The notes: generated by a model from the letters alone, not told the origin. A DNA stretch of 64,000 nt from Kiritimatiellia bacterium (GCA_035327305.1 DAOLDL010000002.1:19334-83333); one strand, 5' to 3'. Shown: positions 50,301 through 60,646, counted from the stretch's first letter. Program-made: numbers and translations.

Positions 50301-50935
50301 TCTTGTAGAGATTGTGTATATGTCAAGCCGCCATACCGCAACGCCTGCGCCATCATCAAAGTGGTCATGATGTCGGAATGATCAAGCCGGGCATGCAATT
50401 CTTGCGTTGAGCATCCATCATCCAACCATTTACGCGCACAACAAAGACGCAATGTATGGGAGTGAAAACCGCCTGAATATCCCGAGATCCTGGCAGTATG
50501 AAGTACGCTGGAACTGAATACTTCCGTCGGTATAACACATGAATAATCAACATGCTCAAAACCCGGCACTGACTTCAATGGAAATAGCCACTGATGGGAA
50601 AACGGCAAAGCTCCCTCGCCACACCTACCTGAATCCAAAAACAAGCGACGGGTCTTTGCCCGATAATCCAGCAGGCAGTTTGCAAGCTCCGCAGTCAACT
50701 TGAACACGCGGAATGCCGTTGGCTTTCGCGAGGTAAAACTGATCGTGTCGCGATTAAAGTCCAGATTGCGTAACGACTGAATTTCACCGAGCCTCGCCGC
50801 CGTCTCATACATGAGCCACGCCATCAAACGTATCGGTTCCGCAAGCTTGGATAAGATACAACTGATTTGGCTGGAGTCGGGGAAATCCAACTGATTGCTT
50901 TGCACTTCAACCCTCGAAATCTCGATATTTTTCAT
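50252..50935 (-). CDS. Truncated tyrosine recombinase / phage-integrase-family catalytic domain protein
   Basis: Catalytic-domain motifs: box I ETAARLGEI, HTLRLCCARKWLDDG (HxxR), and GGLTYTQ (catalytic Tyr). No N-terminal core-binding domain (227 aa). Its 3' end overlaps the rlmM 3' end by 49 bp. Confidence 0.6.
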   Translation of the reverse strand: MKNIEISRVEVQSNQLDFPDSSQISCILSKLAEPIRLMAWLMYETAARLGEIQSLRNLDFNRDTISFTSRKPTAFRVFKLTAELANCLLDYRAKTRRLFLDSGRCGEGALPFSHQWLFPLKSVPGFEHVDYSCVIPTEVFSSSVLHTARISGYSGGFHSHTLRLCCARKWLDDGCSTQELHARLDHSDIMTTLMMAQALRYGGLTYTQSLQDHGTTRSAITVTSRRS

Positions 50936-50958
50936 CTTTACACCTCCATTGCCATATA

Positions 50959-50974
50959 CTATACATATGTATAG
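50959..50974. promoter_or_regulatory. Perfect 16-bp palindrome CTATACATATGTATAG; candidate LexA operator (SOS box) in the lexA promoter
   Basis: Perfect dyad located 24 nt upstream of the lexA ATG in the lexA/recombinase divergent intergenic region. It does not match the E. coli or Cheo box consensi. Confidence 0.5.
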
Positions 50975-50997
50975 CTTTCGGGGTAAAGGAAAATTCC

Positions 50998-51612
50998 ATG
51001 GAAATTTTAACGCCTAAACAAAAACAGATTCTGGACTATATCTCGCGGTATTTTTTAAAGAATCGAATGGCGCCGACGGTGCGGGAAATTGCTGATTCAT
51101 TTGGTTTCAGATCCCCAAAAGCGGTATCCGATCATCTGGAGGCTCTTGAACGCAAAGGTTATTTAACCAGAACAACTGGCATAGCGCGGGGCATTCGACT
51201 GGTCGAAGAACTGCAGGAGTCGCGTGACCGCGATTCGAGCATCCCCATTGTTGGTGACGTAGCCGCAGGTTTACCAATTCTGGCAATTGAAAATGTCCTC
51301 GGCACTCTCTCCATGGACTCCACCTTTGGCGCTGGTGAATTGTTTGCTGTGAGGGTTCGTGGTGACAGCATGATCGATCATGGAATTTATGACGGTGATT
51401 TCGTGGTGGTTCGCCGCTCACCGCATGTGGATAACAATGCCATCGCCGTTGCTTATGTAAACGGAGAGTCAACCGTAAAGGTCTTTCACAAAACCGAATG
51501 CGGCTATACACTTATTCCGGGCAATTCAAAGTACCCACCTATTGAGATCAATCCGGAAACCGACGAGTTTTCCGTGGCGGGACCAGTTGTAGGTGTTGTA
51601 CGCGCAATGTGA
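50998..51612 (+). CDS. lexA: LexA repressor (S24 peptidase, SOS regulator)
   Basis: N-terminal wHTH, the AAG cleavage-site region VAAGLPI, and Ser-Lys dyad RGDSM ... K. Confidence 0.9.
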   Translation: MEILTPKQKQILDYISRYFLKNRMAPTVREIADSFGFRSPKAVSDHLEALERKGYLTRTTGIARGIRLVEELQESRDRDSSIPIVGDVAAGLPILAIENVLGTLSMDSTFGAGELFAVRVRGDSMIDHGIYDGDFVVVRRSPHVDNNAIAVAYVNGESTVKVFHKTECGYTLIPGNSKYPPIEINPETDEFSVAGPVVGVVRAM

Positions 51613-51637
51613 ATATCGACCCGGCGATTCGAATCGG

Positions 51638-51982
51638 TTAACGAAAAACAAAATAAACCGCGCCAACCATGCACATTCCGGCCCACACGAAATCCAACCG
51701 GAATGGTTCATTCATATAATAGATGCTGAAAGGTATAAAAACACCCAGCGTTATGACTTCCTGCATGATCTTGAGCTGGCCCAGATTCAGCGCCGTGTAA
51801 CCAATCCGATTCGCCGGCACCTGTAAGAGGTATTCGAAAAAAGCGATACCCCAGCTGATGAGCGCGGCAATTATCCACGGCTTGTCGCGCAAATCCTTGA
51901 GGTGAGCATACCAGGCAAAGGTCATGAATATATTGGACAAAATCAACAATACTGCGGTTTGCAGGGTAATCGGTATCGACAT
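51638..51982 (-). CDS. Small DMT-superfamily membrane protein (DUF486-like)
   Basis: 114 aa with four TM segments and a FAWYAHLK motif. Confidence 0.6.
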   Translation of the reverse strand: MSIPITLQTAVLLILSNIFMTFAWYAHLKDLRDKPWIIAALISWGIAFFEYLLQVPANRIGYTALNLGQLKIMQEVITLGVFIPFSIYYMNEPFRLDFVWAGMCMVGAVYFVFR

Positions 51983-51991
51983 GTTGAACCT

Positions 51992-52939
51992 CTATTCTTG
52001 TAAGAGCCTGAAGACGACGTAACCAATGTATCCGAAAAACATTACACATCCTTCCATGCGGGACAATTTGAAGCCACTTCGTGCGAACGGGAGAAGCACT
52101 ACGGCAAAGATCATCATGACTACGAGGTCATACATTTCCAGATTGGAGGTACGGAATGGCCGGATAACTGCGGAAAGACCAAGAATGCTCAAGATGTTAA
52201 AAATATTGGAGCCGACAATATTTCCTACCGCAATATCGGTTTGACGTTTGGATGCCGCCGACAGGGATGTCGCCAGTTCAGGCAAACTTGTCCCTGCGGC
52301 CACGATCGTTAAACCTATGATTGCCTCACTGACATTCAACATGCGGGCAAGATCAATGGCTCCTTTCACGATCCACTTTGCGCCAAAAACCAATGCAAAC
52401 AATCCGACGACAATCAAAAGCACATCAACCCACAAACGGCAGGGCGGCGATGGCAACGAGTTTTGCGTGATTTGATCGACTTCCGATTCTTCATTGCGCG
52501 CACTCCAAATGGTGTAAACAGTGTACCCGATTATTCCGCCGAAAAGAATAATTCCTTCCCAGCGGGATAACCACTGATTGGCCAACATGACAACACCGAC
52601 AAGCGACACGCCGATCATCAAAGGAATTTCAAATCCAAGCAGGCGAAGATGAATGCTCAACGGGATAACCATGGCTGAAAGACCCAATATGACCGCTATA
52701 TTGAATATATTGGACCCGATCACATTACCGGCCGCGACATCCCCCTGACCGGCTAACGCGGCTTTAATGCTTACGGCAAGTTCAGGCGCACTGGTCCCGA
52801 AGGCGACGATGGTTAACCCGATAATCAAGGGGCGCACGCGGAATCTATTGGCCAACCCCACGCTTCCCCTGACAAGGAAATCAGCGCCGAGAATCAATGT
52901 CAACATACCGATAATTACGTAAACAATTGGAATATGCAT
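51992..52939 (-). CDS. Ca2+/Na+ antiporter (CaCA family, YrbG-like)
   Basis: Two alpha-repeat signatures GTSAPEL and GTSLPEL. About 10 TM segments. Confidence 0.85.
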   Translation of the reverse strand: MHIPIVYVIIGMLTLILGADFLVRGSVGLANRFRVRPLIIGLTIVAFGTSAPELAVSIKAALAGQGDVAAGNVIGSNIFNIAVILGLSAMVIPLSIHLRLLGFEIPLMIGVSLVGVVMLANQWLSRWEGIILFGGIIGYTVYTIWSARNEESEVDQITQNSLPSPPCRLWVDVLLIVVGLFALVFGAKWIVKGAIDLARMLNVSEAIIGLTIVAAGTSLPELATSLSAASKRQTDIAVGNIVGSNIFNILSILGLSAVIRPFRTSNLEMYDLVVMMIFAVVLLPFARSGFKLSRMEGCVMFFGYIGYVVFRLLQE

Positions 52940-53098
52940 GAAGCAAAGAATTCGAGTCATTTACTGATAACTGATGAATCGAATCCGGAATACGTTACTT
53001 CATGGCCGTGGGTTGGCAATGTAATTTTATATGGTTTTCAACACCCGCATATTGCACTATCAGACAATAAATTGCCGTACACCGCCAATCATGAATAA

Positions 53099-53737
53099 AT
53101 GATACGCCCATCAACAAAAGCTTTCACCATGCTCCCGGCAGGCTCGGGGATCATATTTTCGTGGCCGACCAGACGGCGCGATATATTCAGCAATTTATCC
53201 GACTATATTGCGCGCACACGTGCAAACCCCCTTTATGGGAAACCCGGCTGGACGAGAGAATGCGGACAGCGTTTTCATCGTGGTTGCGACATTGCTCCGA
53301 TTGCCGTGACACCAACCGGCCAAACATGCACGGTGATGTTTACCAATTGCGATACCGGCTCGGAGTATCCTAGCGAGGAACCGGTTGTATTGCCGGATGA
53401 CGATGTTTTCGTGGTTTATCAAGGCAAGGTGGCGGGAATTAATAAAGATATAGAAGAATCAGAATTTGGAATTCATGTAATCATCGAGCATGTCTGGCCG
53501 GATTCCGGTCACGTTTTCTATTCGCTTTATGCACATCTCGATAATTGCGAAGTGGAATTTAATGAGCATATAACATCCGGCGTTCGAATAGGACGAATGG
53601 GACAAACCAGCAATTCGGTCATGGGCCGGCAATTTCTTTCGATTGCGCCCCACCTTCATATCGAGTTCTGGAATCATGCCGGCCAGTCATTCGATCCGCT
53701 GGAAATGCTTATGCGTTATCTTCCGAAAACCGGTTAA
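53099..53737 (+). CDS. M23 family metallopeptidase (LytM-like), apparently lacking a signal peptide
   Basis: HRGCDIA (HxxxD) and PHLHIEFW (HxH) M23 motifs. The start may be the downstream Met at 53129. No N-terminal hydrophobic signal segment. Confidence 0.7.
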   Translation: MIRPSTKAFTMLPAGSGIIFSWPTRRRDIFSNLSDYIARTRANPLYGKPGWTRECGQRFHRGCDIAPIAVTPTGQTCTVMFTNCDTGSEYPSEEPVVLPDDDVFVVYQGKVAGINKDIEESEFGIHVIIEHVWPDSGHVFYSLYAHLDNCEVEFNEHITSGVRIGRMGQTSNSVMGRQFLSIAPHLHIEFWNHAGQSFDPLEMLMRYLPKTG

Positions 53738-53751
53738 GAACAATCCGGCCA

Positions 53752-55188
53752 TCACGCTATTCGATGCAGACAGGCCACGCTTTCAATATGAAATGTGTGC
53801 GGAAATAAATCCACCGGTTGTACGCGTCGTAATTCATACATGCCACCTTCGCAAAGCGCCTTGGCGTCACGAGCCAGGCTTCCCGGGTGGCAACTTACAT
53901 AGACAATTCTTTTGGGCGCCAGTGATCGAACAGTCTCCACCGCATCCGCATGCATTCCGGCTCGGGGTGGATCGGTGATTACCACATCCGGGCGCTCCCC
54001 GGCCCCCTCCATCGCCGAACGCAAATGCTTCATATCCGTCGCGAAGAATCGACAATGCGTCATACCATTTAATTCCGCATTTTTCCCGGCATCCTCCACC
54101 GCTGAAGGCTCCAACTCAAATCCGTACGCGGCACGACAGTTTCTCCCGCCAAACAATGTGATCGATCCGGTACCACAATACAGATCGAAAAGAACTTCAT
54201 CACGATTGATATCGGCCAGATCCATCACTACACGATAAAGCGTCAAAGCCTGCCCGCTATTTGTCTGGAAAAAGGAATTGGGTGAAACAGTGAAACGAAG
54301 ATCATCAAATAATTCTGTTATATATCCCGGACCGTGAAGGACGTGGTTGACTTCACCATACGCAACGAGGTTTTTTCTGCTGGTTGTACTATTGATGAGC
54401 GTCGTGAGTTGCGAACCAAGATTGTTTAACAAACAATCCTTGTAGGCATGCATTAACCCGGCGTCATATTCACTGGTGATCAAGTTGATCATGAATTCAT
54501 CCGTGGTTTCCGCATGCCGTAAGACCAGGTTGCGTAAAAAACCTTCATGTGAAATTGTACTGTAGGCATTTCGCCGGTTCTTTATGAAGAATTCACGGGT
54601 CAGGGAAAGCGCCCGCACCGAACGTTCCGACGCGATGTGGCATGTGTCGATATCGATAATTTTGTGGAAACATCCCCGCCGGTGAAAACCCAGGGCAAAA
54701 TCAGAGGGTTTGCTCCTTGATTCCGGCGGCACATTCATTTCCTCGTCGAGAATAAATCGCTCATTTGAAAACGTGAAATCGACCTTGTTGCGGTAGTGGT
54801 AAATCTTTTGCGAAGCAATTGGCGGGGCCACCTCGACATCAACAAACCCGCCCAGTCGAACCAGGGCGTCCTGCACGACTTTTTGTTTGTATTCAAGTTG
54901 TTGTTCGTATTGAACATGTTGCCATTTGCATCCACCGCAAACACCGTAATGCGGACACACGGGATCTGTGCGATGTCGTGATGGATGAATCAGGGAATCA
55001 AATCTGGCCTCCAGGTAGTTGCGTTTAATTTTGCTGATGGAGGCCAGTACCCGATCGCCGGGTGCGATCATGCCCCTGACGAAAACGACCATTCCGCCCG
55101 GCAGTTTGGCCATGCACGCGTCATCTTCGGCGGTATCCAGAATAACAAGTTCAAGCGGTGAGCCTTTTCGGAATTGCTTATCGTTCAT
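53752..55188 (-). CDS. rlmD: 23S rRNA (uracil-C5)-methyltransferase RlmD/RumA family (TRAM domain, [4Fe-4S], SAM MTase)
   Basis: N-terminal TRAM domain, Cys cluster CPHYGVCGGCKWQH, SAM motif DLYCGTGS, and the catalytic region. Confidence 0.85.
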   Translation of the reverse strand: MNDKQFRKGSPLELVILDTAEDDACMAKLPGGMVVFVRGMIAPGDRVLASISKIKRNYLEARFDSLIHPSRHRTDPVCPHYGVCGGCKWQHVQYEQQLEYKQKVVQDALVRLGGFVDVEVAPPIASQKIYHYRNKVDFTFSNERFILDEEMNVPPESRSKPSDFALGFHRRGCFHKIIDIDTCHIASERSVRALSLTREFFIKNRRNAYSTISHEGFLRNLVLRHAETTDEFMINLITSEYDAGLMHAYKDCLLNNLGSQLTTLINSTTSRKNLVAYGEVNHVLHGPGYITELFDDLRFTVSPNSFFQTNSGQALTLYRVVMDLADINRDEVLFDLYCGTGSITLFGGRNCRAAYGFELEPSAVEDAGKNAELNGMTHCRFFATDMKHLRSAMEGAGERPDVVITDPPRAGMHADAVETVRSLAPKRIVYVSCHPGSLARDAKALCEGGMYELRRVQPVDLFPHTFHIESVACLHRIA

Positions 55189-55194
55189 GCGGGT

Positions 55195-56925
55195 TCATCG
55201 AAATGTTGATTGAAGTTTCTTTAGGAGTTCCGGCAAGGGCAATGTGTTCAGAACATGCGCTTTCTCCAACCAACCCCGCCGGGCCTGCATGACGCCGTGT
55301 TGATGGTTATGAAAATCGGGAATGCTGTGGGCATCGTTGCTGATTGCCACCGGAATCCCAAGTTCTCGAGCTTTGCGGCAATGATGTTCATTTATATCAA
55401 GTCGCAGTGGATGGGCATTCAATTCGACAAAACAACCACGTTGGCGAATGTGCTCCAGCACACGATCCATGTCGATTTCGTACGGATCACGCTGAAGCAA
55501 AAGCCTGCCCGTTGGATGCGCCAGCAACGAGATGAAGGGGTGATCCAGCGCACGAAGAACCCTTGCCGTCTGCTTTTCCCGATCAAGATTGAATTTATGG
55601 TGAACCGAAATTACAACGATATCCAGCAACTTCAGAATATCATCGGGCAAATCGAGTTTGCCGTCTTCAAGGATGTCCACTTCCGAGCCTTTAAGGATTC
55701 GTATGCCCAACGCGCCCTCGGCGTTCAGCCGGTCAATTTCTTCAATTTGCCGCCGTAAGCGTTCTTCGTTCAAGCCGTTGGCCACGGTCAACCTTTTAGA
55801 GTGATCGGTAATGGCGATGTATTCCCACCCCAATGAAGCGGCATGCCGGGCCATTTGCTCAACGCTTTCACTTCCATCCGACCAGGTGGAATGATTGTGG
55901 AGATCACCGATCAAATCCGTATTATTGATCAAGTCCGGAATATTATTCTTTTCAGCCGCTTCAAGTTCACCTGAATCTTCGCGAATCTCCGGCGGAATCC
56001 ATGGTAATCCAAGCGCGGAAAAGACCTCCTCTTCCGTTTGCCCCGCGATTCGACCCTCCCCCCGGAAAATGCCGTACTCATTTTGCTTCAAGCCAGCCTG
56101 CTGTGCTTTTCTGCGGGTGGCTATATTGTGCGATTTACTGCCGGTAAAATAATGCAGGGCGGAACCAAAGCTTTCTTTTTCAACCATTCTAAGATCTGCC
56201 TGGATACCATTCTTCAAGAGAATACTTCCCCTGGTTTCCCCTTCAGCCAAAACACGCTCGGTGCCGGGCAACGATACAAACGCTTTCATGACTCGATCGG
56301 GTTCAGCCGCTACCACCAGAAAATCAAGATCGCCAACGGTTTCCTTGCCCCGACGGTAACTGCCGGCAACTTCCAGGCTGTGAACACCGCCGACTTTCCG
56401 TATATGCGCCGAAATTTCATCCACAGTATTCATGGCTCGAGCGCGCAAATGGCGCACGGTTGTATCCAATTTCTTCGTGGCGGCTTCCAGCAGTGAAGCC
56501 TCAAGCTTTGGACCAAACCCGGGTAACTCGCGGATCTGACCGTTCTTCGCCGCCGCAACCAATTCCTCCATGGAGGCAATTTTCAATTTATCCAACAAGA
56601 CTTTTAATCGCTTCGGGCCCAGTCCAGGTAATTTGAGAAGTAAAGGAAGGGATGGCGGAAATTCTTTTTTAACCGTTTCCAATGCTGGCAAGGAACCCGT
56701 CACCAACATGACTGCTATTTTCGCGGCGATTTCCTTGCCGATTCCGTCAATTTCCATCAAGTCCCGTTTATTTGCGACTTCCCGGCTCATTTCAACGGGA
56801 TGGTCGGCAATAATGCGTGCGGCATTCCGGTAGGCCCGTATTTTGAAGGGATTTTCACCTTTAATCTCCAAATAATCGGCTAATTCCTCAAAAGTATCGG
56901 CAATTTCCTGATTCACCATGGTCAT
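55195..56925 (-). CDS. polX: DNA polymerase X family protein with C-terminal PHP phosphoesterase domain (PolX)
   Basis: Pol-beta-like HhH, fingers and palm (GSYRRGKETVGDLDFLV), and a PHP domain with His-rich motifs (LHNHSTWSDG, ITDHS). Start at MTMVNQ. Confidence 0.85.
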   Translation of the reverse strand: MTMVNQEIADTFEELADYLEIKGENPFKIRAYRNAARIIADHPVEMSREVANKRDLMEIDGIGKEIAAKIAVMLVTGSLPALETVKKEFPPSLPLLLKLPGLGPKRLKVLLDKLKIASMEELVAAAKNGQIRELPGFGPKLEASLLEAATKKLDTTVRHLRARAMNTVDEISAHIRKVGGVHSLEVAGSYRRGKETVGDLDFLVVAAEPDRVMKAFVSLPGTERVLAEGETRGSILLKNGIQADLRMVEKESFGSALHYFTGSKSHNIATRRKAQQAGLKQNEYGIFRGEGRIAGQTEEEVFSALGLPWIPPEIREDSGELEAAEKNNIPDLINNTDLIGDLHNHSTWSDGSESVEQMARHAASLGWEYIAITDHSKRLTVANGLNEERLRRQIEEIDRLNAEGALGIRILKGSEVDILEDGKLDLPDDILKLLDIVVISVHHKFNLDREKQTARVLRALDHPFISLLAHPTGRLLLQRDPYEIDMDRVLEHIRQRGCFVELNAHPLRLDINEHHCRKARELGIPVAISNDAHSIPDFHNHQHGVMQARRGWLEKAHVLNTLPLPELLKKLQSTFR

Positions 56926-57098
56926 AGGACGCCAGCATAAAGCAGTTATTACGGCTTGGCATAGAATAAACATCAAGGTTCGGCGAGGAAATCATCATGG
57001 GTTACCTGAATCATTCCAACCCTTTGTAGACAAACAGCTTGACCTGTTTCAAATACGTGGTTTACTCGATCTTTGTTTAATTGGGAGTAGCAGGTGGC

Positions 57099-58247
57099 AT
57101 GAATATATTTATCGCCAAAGAAACACATCCGGGGGAATCTCGAATTCCCGTAATTCCGGCAACGATTGAAAAATTCGTCAAACTCGGATGTAACGTGTCG
57201 GTTGAATCCGGTATCGGTGCATCGCTTGGAATTTCTGATGAAATCTACGCCAAGGCTGGGTCCCAAATTGCCGGCAATGTGAATGAAAGCCTGGCTTCCG
57301 CCGACATAGTTATTCGCCTTCGCAAGCCATCCGTCGCGAGTCTGGACCACCTGAAACCCGGGGCCATTCATGTCAGCTATTTGGATCCGTTTAACGAACA
57401 TGACCTGATTCGCGCCCTCGCGTCGAAATCCATCAGCGCCATAAGCCTGGAAATGATTCCGCGGACAACGATCGCACAAAAAATGGATGTGATCAGTTCG
57501 CAGGCCAACCTCGGCGGGTATGTGGCGGTAATCCTCGCCGCGGAACGTAGTGCAAAAATTTTCCCGATGATGACAACGCCCGCCGGTACCATTGCCCCGG
57601 CTAAAGTATTTGTAATCGGCGTAGGTGTTGCGGGACTCCAAGCCATTGCCACTGCAAAACGGCTGGGCGCACTGGTGGAAGCATTTGATACCCGACCCGT
57701 GGTCGAAGACCAGGTAAAGTCACTGGGAGCCAAATTCGTCAAAATTGACCTGGGGGAGACCGGACAAACCAAAGATGGCTATGCCAAGGCGCTGACGCCA
57801 GAGCAGATTGAAATACAACGCAAAGCCATGGCCAAACATTGTGCCGCGTCAGATATCGTCATAACCACAGCCCAGGTATTCGGTCGCAAGGCGCCGGTTA
57901 TTGTGACCAGGGAAATGGTCGCGGGTATGGCGCCGGGAAGTATTATCGTGGATATGGCCGTGGAAACCGGCGGAAATGTCGAAGGTTCCGAGGTTGACAA
58001 GGAAGTCGATGTGAACGGTGTGCGCATCATTGGCCTTGGCAATCTGCCGGGCCGGGTCGCAGTGCATGCCAGCCAGATGTATTCCAGCAATGCCTACAAC
58101 TTCGTGGAGCATTTCTGGGCCAAGAAGGAAGGCCGCTTCAATCTTCGTTTGGAAGACGAAATAATTCGAGGCGCTTTGATTACACATGGCGGCGAAGTGG
58201 TAAATCCGGTGATCAAAGAGTTGTTGCAAAAGGGAAAGGACGCTTAA
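57099..58247 (+). CDS. pntAA: NAD(P) transhydrogenase subunit alpha part 1 (dI, NAD(H)-binding)
   Basis: Alanine-dehydrogenase-like fold and Rossmann VIGVGVAGLQA. Start at ATG 57099 with GGGAG upstream. Confidence 0.9.
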   Translation: MNIFIAKETHPGESRIPVIPATIEKFVKLGCNVSVESGIGASLGISDEIYAKAGSQIAGNVNESLASADIVIRLRKPSVASLDHLKPGAIHVSYLDPFNEHDLIRALASKSISAISLEMIPRTTIAQKMDVISSQANLGGYVAVILAAERSAKIFPMMTTPAGTIAPAKVFVIGVGVAGLQAIATAKRLGALVEAFDTRPVVEDQVKSLGAKFVKIDLGETGQTKDGYAKALTPEQIEIQRKAMAKHCAASDIVITTAQVFGRKAPVIVTREMVAGMAPGSIIVDMAVETGGNVEGSEVDKEVDVNGVRIIGLGNLPGRVAVHASQMYSSNAYNFVEHFWAKKEGRFNLRLEDEIIRGALITHGGEVVNPVIKELLQKGKDA

Positions 58248-58248
58248 T

Positions 58249-58530
58249 ATGACATTGCTGTTTTTTGTCTTTGTTCTGGCCATTTTTCTTGGCTTTGAAC
58301 TTATATCCAAAGTGCCGTCGCAATTGCACACTCCGCTGATGTCCGGATCCAACGCCATATCCGGCATCACCATAGTGGCCGCCATCATTGCCGCAGGTGT
58401 GGATGACGGTTCAAAAATAACCACCATCCTCGGCTTCATTGCGGTTACGGTGGCCACCATCAATGTCGTTGGCGGTTATCTGGTTACCAATCGCATGCTA
58501 TCGATGTTTAAAAAGAAAGACGGAGCCTGA
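58249..58530 (+). CDS. pntAB: NAD(P) transhydrogenase subunit alpha part 2 (membrane dII segment)
   Basis: 93 aa with three TM segments. Starts 2 nt after the pntAA stop. Confidence 0.85.
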   Translation: MTLLFFVFVLAIFLGFELISKVPSQLHTPLMSGSNAISGITIVAAIIAAGVDDGSKITTILGFIAVTVATINVVGGYLVTNRMLSMFKKKDGA

Positions 58531-58536
58531 TCTGCG

Positions 58537-59937
58537 ATGAATATGCAATCGTTGATTGATGTCAGTTATATCGTTGCGGCCGTTCTATTCATTTTTGGAC
58601 TCAAAATGTTAGGCAAGGCCTCGACCGCGCCACGCGGCAATTTAGTGTCGGCCATTGGCATGCTGATAGCCATTGTCGTCACGCTTCTGGTCAAGGACGT
58701 TGAATCCTACAAAATCATTCTTGCCGGATTTATTGTCGGCGGCGCGATCGGCGCCATTGCCGCGCAACGGGTCAAAATGACGGCCATGCCGGAAATGGTT
58801 GCGTTATTCAATGGTTTCGGCGGTTTGGCAAGCTTGCTGGTGGGTTGGTCGGAATATCATCGCGCCCTGGCGGCTTCAGCACCCGAAGGTATAGCGACCT
58901 TCACCATGGTGGCGACCTACCTTGCCGTATTGATTGGCGGCATTACATTCACCGGGAGTCTGATTGCTTTTGCCAAACTTGCGGAAAAAATTACCGGGAA
59001 ACCCATTTTGTTCAAGGCTCAAAAGCCGGTAAACGCCGGGCTGTTGATCGCCGCCATTGTCATATTGGTTATCGGATCTCTTGCCCCGGAAACCACGTAT
59101 CCAATATTTCTTATTGCACTGATTATTTCACTTGTACTCGGCGTGCTTGCGGTGATTCCCATCGGCGGCGCCGATATGCCGGTGGTAATTTCCCTGCTAA
59201 ACAGCTATTCAGGTCTCGCCGCCTGCGCGGCAGGTTTTGTTATAACCAATAATGTTTTGGTTGTGGCCGGCTGTCTGGTAGGCGCCAGCGGCATTATTCT
59301 CACTCAAATCATGTGTAAAGCCATGAACCGCTCCCTTGCCAATGTGCTGTTCAGCGGTTTCGGCGCAACAACCACATCGGGTAGCGCCGCCGGTGTTCAA
59401 GGTGAGGCCAAGCCTATCACCGCCGACGACGCGTATTACATTCTCGAGGCCGCACGTTCCGTTATTGTGGTTCCCGGCTACGGAATGGCCGTCGCTCAAG
59501 CACAACATGTGGTCAGGGAATTGGGCGATCTTCTCGAAAAAAATGGTTGTGAAGTCAAATACGCCATTCACCCGGTGGCGGGACGCATGCCCGGCCATAT
59601 GAATGTTCTGCTTGCCGAAGCCAACGTCCCCTATGAACAACTCGTTGAGCCACCCGACGTAAATCCCATTATGTCCACCATCGACGTGGCAATCGTTATC
59701 GGAGCCAACGATGTTGTGAATCCCGCCGCCCGCGAGGACGCGACAAGTCCGATCTATGGAATGCCGATCATCAATGTTGACGAAGCCAAGACATGTTTTG
59801 TGCTGAAACGAAGTATGGCATCCGGATTTGCCGGTGTTGATAATCCGCTATTCTTCAAGGATAACACCCGCATGTTATTTGGCGACGCAAAGGCAAGCGT
59901 GACTGCACTGGTGGCGAACTTCAAAGATGCAGGATAA
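58537..59937 (+). CDS. pntB: NAD(P) transhydrogenase subunit beta
   Basis: N-terminal TM domain and C-terminal NADP(H)-binding dIII (GYGMAVAQAQ). Confidence 0.9.
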   Translation: MNMQSLIDVSYIVAAVLFIFGLKMLGKASTAPRGNLVSAIGMLIAIVVTLLVKDVESYKIILAGFIVGGAIGAIAAQRVKMTAMPEMVALFNGFGGLASLLVGWSEYHRALAASAPEGIATFTMVATYLAVLIGGITFTGSLIAFAKLAEKITGKPILFKAQKPVNAGLLIAAIVILVIGSLAPETTYPIFLIALIISLVLGVLAVIPIGGADMPVVISLLNSYSGLAACAAGFVITNNVLVVAGCLVGASGIILTQIMCKAMNRSLANVLFSGFGATTTSGSAAGVQGEAKPITADDAYYILEAARSVIVVPGYGMAVAQAQHVVRELGDLLEKNGCEVKYAIHPVAGRMPGHMNVLLAEANVPYEQLVEPPDVNPIMSTIDVAIVIGANDVVNPAAREDATSPIYGMPIINVDEAKTCFVLKRSMASGFAGVDNPLFFKDNTRMLFGDAKASVTALVANFKDAG

Positions 59938-59959
59938 TAAAACTCCAACATGCGGATGG

Positions 59960-60646
59960 ATGATTAAACATTGTATTTATCCCTCCGCCGAATCAGTGGC
60001 GACCGGCCTGGCCACGGCGATACTCAAGGCATTCGATCGCGCGGAAATGATCGATGGCCCTGTAGCAATCATGTTGGCGGGCGGGCGAACACCCAAGGCG
60101 GCTTACGAAATTGTCGCGCGCTCCGGACGCATCATTCCTGAAAACATGACGCTGATGATCAGCGATGAACGTTGGGTTCCTCTTGATAGTCCGGAAAGCA
60201 ATTTCCTCATGATGACGCCCTTCATGAAGGCCGTGAAATGCGCCGAAATCCAAAAAATCATGGTAAATACCGCATTGCCTCGTGAGGAGGCGGCAAAGGA
60301 TTTCGGGCGACGTCTGGATTCATTTTTCAACCGCGGCGGTATTCTGCTTGAGAGTTTTCTCGGGTTGGGCGCCGACGGCCATACGGCGTCGCTGTTTTCC
60401 GATGATCATTTGACCAAGAGTCAAAACACAAGCGCCATAGCCGTTGATCGTCCTGATGGAAGAGTCGGCATCAGCGCCACCGCATCGACAATTCAAAAGG
60501 CGCAACGTGTTGTTTTTGTCGTAACCGGCGCAGATAAAAAAAACATGGCTGACTTGCTATTGACCCGCCCACTTGACCTGACCGCCGGCAAAGTTGTTTT
60601 CCGGCATGCACACGTGGAACTGTGGCGAGATAAAGCCGCAGTCTGA
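59960..60646 (+). CDS. pgl: 6-phosphogluconolactonase
   Basis: LAGGRTP and GLGADGHTASLF motifs of the Pgl/NagB family. Start at MIKHC. Confidence 0.75.
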   Translation: MIKHCIYPSAESVATGLATAILKAFDRAEMIDGPVAIMLAGGRTPKAAYEIVARSGRIIPENMTLMISDERWVPLDSPESNFLMMTPFMKAVKCAEIQKIMVNTALPREEAAKDFGRRLDSFFNRGGILLESFLGLGADGHTASLFSDDHLTKSQNTSAIAVDRPDGRVGISATASTIQKAQRVVFVVTGADKKNMADLLLTRPLDLTAGKVVFRHAHVELWRDKAAV

